From Hormiphora californensis (lineage: Eukaryota; Animalia; Ctenophora), in contig CM035358.1 in assembly GCA_020137815.1 (NCBI GenBank), forward strand, positions 868,001 to 932,000: a DNA stretch of 64,000 nucleotides. The letters are read 5' to 3'. The notes beneath the pieces are model-generated. The model ran no database searches, had not been told where the DNA came from, and was given only the letters and a program-made list of their open reading frames with translations. Each line of letters begins with the position of its first letter. The first letter of the stretch is position 1. Shown one piece after another: positions 54,449 to 64,000 of this stretch. Position numbers and translations under genes: made by a program.

Positions 54449-57400
54449 CGTGAACTACCTTGTCATGGAGTTTCAGGAATTGTTATCCACCAATGATCAT
54501 TATATCCCGAGAATAGCTGGTCCTAAATGGCAGGGTTTCTTTCAATTGGGGTAGGAATAAATCAAATGCAACATTAAATGTGGTTAAAGAACTAAGAAAA
54601 GGAAAGATTACTCTCTCGAGGAATTATCCGAGTTCTTTGGCCAGTAATTTATAACGACAGAGGATAATGTCTGGCCGAATTACTCGGATATTAAGCCGCT
54701 CGAGAAAGCAATCTTTCCATGTCTCAGCTGTCAGGCTAATGCCCTGACCACAGTTCTCGTTCGCTTATTTGAAAGGAATGAGAATAGGGTCAGGACAATG
54801 CTCTGACAGTGTCTCAGTAAAACTCCGCGGTGGGTAACACAGCCTCGGAATTGTACACAGCAATACAAGATAGTATCTGAGGAAGCAGCTTGTAAATTGA
54901 ATCAAAATGGAGGAAAGATGACTAATTACGATTGGAAAAGTACCTATGATTTGCGGTAGGCTTATATTAGTTACCGCACAGAATTTCCTTTTTCGATTGG
55001 AGCAAACATAATATGATAGTAGGAAGACACTTTCGAGTGCAGTTACAGATCTGTGTACCGCTTTGGTAAACAATAGGTAGAGGGAGGAGAACTAGTAGTA
55101 CAGCTGCGAGAGCGTGTGAAAAAAGAACAATGCATGGAGATATTAGGCCAGATATTTTAGTTTCCGTTTCGTTTTACTATACTAGCATTGTAGACATGCG
55201 GTCACGACAATATTCAGCTTCTAAATTGTAATACGCTCCTGACTACTGAATAAACATAACCGATGAACCACAACATACTTACTAGACGACAAAAGAAAGC
55301 TGCCGAGAAAATTAAACATGTAAAATATAATGAAACCTTAAAATATAACACTGTTCACCGACACGCAAGGGATTCAAAAATTCAACAAATTACAAAATGG
55401 CTGAGGCTGGAATAAACCATACAAGGAAGAGAATCGCTATTCGGACAATATTAAGAGAATCGGCTGCTGATCATTATCGAGGATTGGAAAGAACAACAGA
55501 AATAGGAGCGAGAGATGGAGCGGGGCAATTAAAATGAAATGAATGGACAATCATTGGACATAATAGAAGCATGTCAGACAATCTAATTGATAGGAATTGT
55601 GATACAGAAAGACTAGAATGATACAGTAAGATACATTTCACAAAATTTAGCGATATTATATATTGTATAAGACGTACGGTTCTACAGAATTACAGTCGAT
55701 CGTAACAAATAAATGTGTACTGGCCAATGTCTTTACTTTTCTTATGAAATTACTGTACTTATTTGTATATGACTATAAACATGCATAACAAGATCAATAT
55801 CACGATGCCATGCATTAATATTTGTCCGAGACTGTATACGAGTCACGAAACACGCCAGCCCAGTCTACGGCATGGCCACTAAAGTACAATCACGATATAT
55901 CGTAATCAGCACTGCAGATTAACAGGCTTCTAGCAGCTGTGAGAAGCTTCTTGGCAAGGTGTGTTCGAACTATAGGTAGAGACCTGATGGCTGTTCTTAC
56001 AAAACCTCTGTGTAGGCACCGACACCAACGTATTGTCTACTGGTACACGCATGAATCATTTGTGGGAGCATTGTAATTGATGTACAATAAGGATCGGTAC
56101 ATAGACAGATACAGCTGCCATAGGGGCAGAAACTTGTTGAGTTAGCCCCTTACTCAACAAGCAGAAACATCATGAGTGTTATCGTGAGGCCGGGTCACGT
56201 CAAATTATAGTAAGAGTGGTACGCCGTGTTTTCTCACAAAACTTATTGGATGAACTAGGAGTACCATCAGGACCATTGCTATGGTATCGAAAATCTCTAA
56301 TTCTGTCTCGTTCATTAGTTATGACGTAGTTATGACATTATTTTAACTTTCATAAAATTGCTCTACATCAAAATCTGTGCGTTGTGGATTGAAATGGATG
56401 CTTCCACGATGTTCAGCGTCAAAAAGCCCGGGCACCAAATTTTGGTGGCTCAGCTCTACCTTGTCTATGACGCGAGATATCGACAAATATAAAAAACAAT
56501 CATATTCCCGGCACATGAACGCACCAAATGTTGTTAGGATTTATGCCAATATTGGTCAATACAGGTCAAAACTGTTATTCAACAGTTTTGACCTGTCAAA
56601 AGTTTAGCAAAAGATAACAGATAATGACCTACCTCTTTACACCACGTGCAGTGTAAACTCCACGTGCCACCACCACACTTGACTCCAGGTCCAGCTCCCA
56701 TTGTTCATTCCTAGGCATATATATCGAACAACACTCTTACCCCATCTGAGCGCCGCCAGACAGCTGTTGTAACAGCTGGGATTTGTTACCCAAGAATGAA
56801 TATTGTCGAATTGTTCATATTGACGCAGGGGGCCGGAGGGGGGGGGGGGTCACATACTAGACTCCCACTAGACTTCAAGACTCAAGAGAGTCAGCATGGA
56901 CTTGTGGGATTCCAACTAGACAGAAATAAGCGTTGTTCAGAACCTCGAATTAACAAAAGTTATTTTTACTTGAAATAAGTATTAACTCGAGGATCTTTTT
57001 AGCCAATCAATCACTTCACACGATTTTTTGTCATGAAATTAAGTTAAAATACACAGAACTAACACTTCAAGATCTGTTGTACCATTACAACGACAACACA
57101 AATTATATATAACCGTACGATGAGCTACGTCATCGGTGGAGACACACTCTGGTGGAGCACCAGGGTAACTGTGAGGTCTTTCCTCAAATCTCTCAATTAA
57201 CCTCACACACGAGGTTTTTAAGACATGTGTGTGATCCCTGTCGGGATTGCATATTGTTCACTTACTGAACAAGTACAGGAACATCTCAATGTCCATGAAG
57301 ACTGAACCTTGCTCGATATGCTCTCTCTCTCTCTGCTTGAGGGTTTGAAGGTATCAAGGTAGCCTAAACATAATGACGTGTATCTATAAAGATATACAGG

Positions 57401-57961
57401 GATCAGAACACTTTTAATCGCATAAATATTGAAGATTGAAAAATATAGCCTAGGTTTTCTTTTTGCAGCTACAGTCAAACTTCGATTTACCGGAATTCTT
57501 TGAATTGTTCATACTTTCTTTTCATTCTAAAGCACGGAGACAGTGTCGAGCGACTCAAGGATTTCTCGGGTGATGAATGCATGGAGGTTCCGGTAAATAG
57601 AGGCCCAAATTAATCTAAGTTTGCCTGTATAACCAAGTATAATCGTGGTTTTGACTGAAGTTATGAATAAAGCTAAGAGGATACACAAGCTGTATATACA
57701 CATGTACATTGTACACACACATAGTACATTGTACACACACATGATACTCGACGTAATATAAGTAACTTAGTTTCCCTAATAATAAACTGTACTCAATCAC
57801 TTCCCTTGTTTACACGTACTGATTGTCCAATACACTAGGTCTCTGAAACAACTCTCTTCACGGATGCAGGGGCCCGCGGGGGGCTGCATGTGTTATATCT
57901 GTTAAACTGGGTGATGGGTGGGAGGGCTCTATATTTTAGGGGCTGATGCATGGGGCTGGTG

Positions 57962-60900
57962 TCAAGGATCGTCTGGTTTCTCTGTTGGCTGTTCCTCTCC
58001 TTCTTCCTCGTCATCCTCCTGCTCATTATCTGCCGTCAGACACTTTCGTGCTCTGTATGTCTTACTGTGGGTGAGAGAGAGAGAGAGAGAGAGTTGTTTA
58101 AAATCAATATAATAATGATTGTTGTGAGGCAATGTCAGATCAAATTAAAGCATCAAATAACAACTATACAAATCATCAAATAATGACTATACAAATCATC
58201 AAATAATGACAATATATCAAATAATCACTAAACCAACACGATGATGTAATTTATATGAGGTATAAACTCTGGCCACTGGCGCGTTATTTCAGATAACTTT
58301 CTCCCAGCGCGCCGCTGGGAGAAGTTAGCTGAAGTTTATCCGCCGCTGGCGGATAAACTGGTTTAAATCACGACGACGATCCCGAGGCGGAGCCGAGGGA
58401 GAGGCGGAGGGATTTAAACCTATAACGTGCCAGTGGTCAGAGTTTATAGGTTATATACCCTGCTTTAGTTGTTTATTTCAAGTATTACACACCAACAAGA
58501 GAGAGAACACTAATCAAAACACTCAAAGAGGACTGAGAAATAGTTAAAACACCTCACAATTGAGTGTACACTGTTTGGTAACAGTTACTAAGCAGTTGCT
58601 AAGGAAAGAGAGTGAAAGAAATAGCCTGATAAGGGGCATGTCACACATAACACAGAGGAAGAGATAGTGAGACAAAAGGGGAGATAAAGAGAGAGTAATT
58701 GACGGAATGTGTCCTTTCTTTCTCTCCAATGTAGTGTGCAAGTGTTGCACATAGTGTTCCCTCTGTATTTTAGTAAGAACTGATCATTTACACACACTTT
58801 GAATGTTCAAAATAAATAACCTGCCAGTGGGAAACAGGGCTGGCTCCAGGGGGGTGATGCGGGGGGTGCACACCCCCCCAAAAATTCTTGGTAGCGAAGC
58901 TGCCAAGACTGTCTGAGACCCCAAAAATACAAAATTTTCAGTAAAATTTTTGACTGATCACAACATTTAAATCACCTAGTGAACATCACTGAGTGAGAGA
59001 GAGAGAGAGAGCATTGTACCATTCATAAATCTAGAAAGTAGACGTCACAAATGATTAAAAACCCTAAAATTTGCTTGATTTAGTTAAAAAATTTCCGGGG
59101 GCTTCGCCCCCTGGACCCCCCCCCCCTGGGCGGAGCTCCCTACGCGCCCTTCGGGCGCTCCGGTCGCAAATGCTACTAGTACGGAACAGTGGCCTTCGGC
59201 CACTGCACCCCCCCAGAAATATCGGGCTGGAGCCAGCCCTGGTGGGAAATAATCTGCCGCTGGACTGGCTGTTTATTGAGAGCGCGCTAGTGGGACTGGC
59301 GGGTTATTTAAGTTAGCAGGGTATATATTAATTTATCTTCCCATATAGTGTGATTTACTAGTATGTTAAATAAAATAGTTTTCTCACCTGAATGTACTGA
59401 CGATGATGGTTAGAGGGAGGGCGAGGAAGATCATAGAGAGAAAGACAACTACCGTTCCTATCACTTTTCCCCACGTCGTCTGGTGGTGGTAGGGGGAGAT
59501 TAATTGAGTGAATTATCGACTTAGATAAACAATTTAATGCTATGAGATTAACTCACTAATTATGCTAATTAATTATGCTAATTAATAACTTACTACGGGG
59601 TATACGTCCCCATACCCGACAGTGCTCATCGTAGCGACAGCCCACCAACAGGCACCCAGTATACTCTTAATCTTCGTGTTTTTCTGACAGAGAGAGAACC
59701 GGGTGTTAAAGGAAACTCAGGCAATTGATTCGCAGTGTCAATCTGTGCCTAAATAAATTCCACTAAACATTGTTCGGTGATCAATTATTAAAATACAAAT
59801 GGAAGCTAATTTATGTATCGACATGTTGGGATACATAATGCAAATAGTTCTTGAAATGTTATTAACGTACCCCGTTTTCTGCATAGTAGAGAAAAGAGCC
59901 GAAAACCACTACAGCCATCAGCCAAACCATTACTAACAACGATAGCTCACTTGTGCTTTTCTTCATTACGTGCGCTGAGGAGAGAGGGAGGTTAGGATAT
60001 TAATTAATGTGCGTACTTAAGATAGGCGTGTTTCTGTATTATAGTATTGTGGAGTTATTAAATAGAGGTAGTTATAAAAAGGTTTGTGGCAGCTAAAACC
60101 ACACACATACCAATAAGAAGTAGTTTTTTACTTCTCCGCACCAGTTTGAATACCCTGAGGACCCGTGCCAGCCTGAGCACTCTTAGGATCTCTATCGTGT
60201 TGTTGGATTCCTTGGTGAAGAGCAGGACGAAGTAAGGAAGGATGGCTAGGAAATCTAACCACGCCATGAGAGACGTGAAGAATTCCTTCTTATTCGGAGA
60301 TGTGATCCCTGAAGGGGGAGGGGGGTGATAGCTGGGAACAAACACCTAAATAGTAACAGTTTCAACATGGCGAGGAAGCGATAGACCTAAGTCCGAACTC
60401 CAAAGTCGCAAGATGCGGATGATTGTGATCGTAAACTAAGATGAAGATCGAATAGGCCAAAACCAACACGAAATACGGATGATGGTCGTCGTAATCAAAG
60501 CAAACAGACTACCATATAAACCACATTGTTATGTTCTAACCCTCCTTTACATTTGTGTGTTTCGCGGGCGGGGTGAGCGAAACAGAGTCTAGCTAGGCAC
60601 CATAACTGCACACGTGTACGTACCTCTACACACAAGATCGAAGGTGAAGAATCCGACACAAATGGTATCCAACGTAAAAAGAATCTTATACTCCTTTGTA
60701 GTCGCATCACCCGCCGCAGATTTGATGTCCGGAAGTGTTTCCACTATCAAGCAAGTCACTGAAACCATAATAAAAAAGATATCCAACCATGCCCACACGG
60801 TTGCCGCTTTGCTGGATTTAGGATTGTTCATGAATTTCCACATTCTGTTAGCCAGTTTCTCCCACGTGCTCTTCTTCACCACAACCTTCCTCGTTCCGTT

Positions 60901-61946
60901 CTGAGCAGCGGTCTTCTGGCGGAGTGCCAGGTTTATCTTGTAAAACTCCCGCTCAGCCTCAAAGATATCCGGTGGCACGTGCGATGGGGCGTACAGCCGG
61001 CCAGTCTGATAGAAATTCAGAATGTATGAAAAAGATTCCCGGTTCCTGTCGAAGAAGTATTCTTTCTTTTTCGGATCGTAATAATCGTCCAGCTCCTCTG
61101 AACCGAGCAAGGTCTGGGGGTATTCCTCTAAAGTGCATTTGTAGGTTTCAAATACCAAACCACACACATTTAGCTTTACCTGCGGAGATTACATAGATTT
61201 TAGTTCAACTTGAACTAAATAATGCGGGAAGAGGGAGACAGGTATGTTCGGAATATATGCCTAATTTTGCCTGAACGAAAAGCTGAAATGCATAAAAGTA
61301 GGCTACACGAAAGACAGACAGACAGCCAGAGAGTGAAGATTCTGAACAAAAGCTAAAATATACGGACGACTACACAAGAGTGAAGTTCAGTCAAAACAAA
61401 AAGAGAGACAGACAGACAGACAGTAAAACATACTGTCGACTGCAGCACGAGAGTCTGAACAATCTACCTACCCTTTGTTTGAGGGGTGTATCACCGTTAT
61501 CTCCGTGGTCCCCAAGGGTCCTGTCTGGTAACTTTGGTGTGCCCCGTGTATCTGAATATACCTCCCGGTGTTCTGCTGCTGAACCGAGATCTGGGGGAGG
61601 GGGAATTGGGTGTCAGAAACTCTGGAATAATATCAAATCATTCTAAAACCTTAGCTAACGAAGTCTGAAGCTACTCTAGTAACTTCAGACAATAAGATAT
61701 GTTACAAGTTTCCCTAGATCGAAGCTGAACAGTGAACAGTACGGGGTGCACACAAAATGGTTCTCACACACCCATCTCATCCATGTTAACAACATTATCA
61801 CCCCCATTCCTGGAGGCTGGTCTCGAAGAGGCATGCTCCACCACACTGCAGCCCTCTCTGTGGTTGTCTACAGGGTGTATGAGTCGGGGGCTCATTCTTC
61901 GCAGTGCAGCGGAGACAGCGGGCCAGACAACCAGTTTATTGGACAT
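57962..61946 (-). CDS. Shaker-family voltage-gated potassium channel alpha subunit
   Basis: T1 [12 protein letters not shown]...[22 protein letters not shown]4 [19 protein letters not shown], pore [18 protein letters not shown]6 [27 protein letters not shown], acidic tail ending EKPDDP* at 57964-57962. N-terminal exons 61946-61772 and ~61590-61472 are phase-compatible. Confidence 0.93.
58255..59326 (-). mobile_element. Family B composite repeat, copy 2, in the last Kv intron
   Basis: Reverse complement of 20971-21639, interrupted by a nested insertion. Confidence 0.88.
58835..59241. mobile_element. 407-bp hAT-like MITE nested in family B
   Basis: TIR CAGGGCTGGCTCC / GGAGCCAGCCCTG and a perfect 8-bp TSD GTGGGAAA. 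The empty site is visible in copy 1. Confidence 0.92.
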
Positions 61947-64000
61947 GATGATCAGCTGAACTCAACAATGATGATCAGCTGAACCAGAACTCAACAATGA
62001 TGATCACAAAGTAGAACTCAACGATGATGGTCAGGAACTAGAACTGGTTGCAGGAACCCGAGGAGTTCTATCCGTTAACCCCACAATGATGATCCGGAAC
62101 TATCGGCAGCTTACACAGGTAGAACAAGGAAAACCCGCATACAGAGAGAGAGATTCAGCAATACCAAATGCCCAAATGTTATGTGTGGGTGAAGCCCTTT
62201 CAGTGCCTGTATTTGCTGGTAGTTCTAATAAAGCCTTCACATATAATGGACATACATAGTCACTCTGTGACTCTATATGTGACACATGGTGCTCTATATA
62301 CGTGACACGACACACAGAAGGTGTTCCAGATGGGCTCACCACTGTGTGACTACTTGCAAAATAAGATAATAGACAGCTACCCTGTGTCTGACACAAGGAC
62401 ATGTATGCTCTCTATTGTGAAAAACCACGTTACTGGCATAATTTGAATCAGAACTTATTATGAGGCCACTACAAACTGAGAAATAAAATTAATACTAGAA
62501 TCTAGCCAGCTCTCGTAATAATAATTATAGAAAAAAGGAAAAGAAACAGAACTGTTCACAATTGGTGAGGGTGAACGGCTGCAAGTGCAATTGAGCTATC
62601 ACTGATTACACCTACCCCTAGATTCATCAACGAGTATTTTCTGGACTATCGCATACAGTGATGCGGCTGCCATGTCACGTAATATCACCCAGCTGTAACT
62701 TCAGTAGATCTCCTTTGCAGAGAGCCTTGGAAACCACAGAGTTCTACACAACTAACAATGTACTTCTAAAAACACGAAGATTTAACAAAATCAGAGCACA
62801 CGTAAGAGTCAGTGAGAGTCTTTACGCCGATTATATGTAACCACATTGCATGAGGTATGGACGCGGCCTATAATAAGTACAGGCTGCATCAGCTCTGAGA
62901 GAGAGGAGAATATATAATAAGGCAAGGGGGGCAACATTCATGAAATGGTCTAGGATCGTTGAGCTGTTTATGCAGCAGGACGTGCTATGTAGTTTACTAC
63001 ATGAGGCAGGGGAACATAACATGTGTAATGTGACATGCTTATTTAGTAGCAGTTTAATGTGTTCAATGAAGAGGAAAGCAAAACGGTGATTAAATCAGTT
63101 ATTTATATTGTCTCCGGAGTAAAAGGTCGGTTTTCCTGTTCAAATAATGGTCTGTTGTCAACGGCCTGTAATGTTATCCAGTCAGAGAATGATTTAGTGT
63201 AATTTTGTCTCCTGTCTTTTCGTCTTTAGTCAAAGTACAAATCTCTTTCTCTCTCTCTCCCATGCCCCAATTCTCATATATAACTGGTCTACAAACTAAT
63301 AACCTAATTCCTTTACTTCATTCCTCTGGCTATCTCTTTCTCTTTCTATCTTTCCCAATCATTCTATCTTTCCCAATCAATCTCTCTTCCTCTCTCTCTC
63401 CTTACTCTTTTCTTTGTTCATTTAGCTGTCTCTTTATCCTTTTAGGTTCCAGACAACCGTCTTTGATCTCTCTAACATCAGAAATTATAGGGTTCATCCC
63501 CCGGAGAAGGATCAAGAGAGAGAGGGAGAAACATAAGACAAATATTAGATAAAAATGAAAACTCCTACATCTTCAAACTTACTAAATTTTGCGACGAATT
63601 GAGCCATCATTGCAAAATCCATCGCCATCTTTCAATCTATACTCGAACTACTCCAACTGTATACAAATCAACCGAAGATTTAAAAGAAGCACACCGAAAA
63701 ACAATCGCTACAGTTGTTTTGTCACCATCGTTAGAATAGATCCATGCTCTCTCTCTCTAACACATGTGTATCGCTCATGTTCATTTCCGACGCTAATAAC
63801 TATAATTTGCACCGTGCTACAAGTGGGTCAAAAGCTGATGCACCAAAGTGAGAATAATGCTGAGTTATAGTACACCGTTGGTTTGAAACCACCAAATACC
63901 AATCACCATTTACCATGTAACCGTAGACGTCAGATGGGAGTTGTAGGGTTGGGCATCCATGATGGTGGTATTATTTTGGTGACATGATCTTTCCAAATAT

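Noticed and set aside
47499-61946. Functional ion-channel cluster (ENaC next to Kv)
   Set aside because: Both families are usually large, and adjacency alone is not evidence of co-regulation.

Overview
Intron-rich animal genomic DNA, not prokaryotic. It is probably a ctenophore such as Pleurobrachia; this is inferred from my recall of the repeat families and was not checked. Genes assembled by hand from splice sites: the 3' part of a Sulfotransfer_2 carbohydrate sulfotransferase (+), an orphan Ser/Pro-rich protein with 8 VLSPTKT heptads (-), WDR36/UTP21 (+), FPGS (+), a large protein with the order acylation motif / 2 C2H2 fingers / tandem Tudor / TIR / TIR / tandem Tudor (+, cut by an assembly gap), a divergent homeobox gene (+), a DEG/ENaC channel (-) and a Shaker-family Kv channel (-). 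Between and within them are several MITE families, a degraded LINE, a tRNA-like element and many microsatellites. The most notable observations are the TIR-Tudor protein, a 109-bp MITE whose target-site duplications often coincide with 5' splice sites, tandem repeats that multiply splice sites, a homeodomain with KW in place of WF, and a Kv subunit lacking both the S6 glycine hinge and the PVP motif. Exon boundaries are manual calls without transcript evidence.
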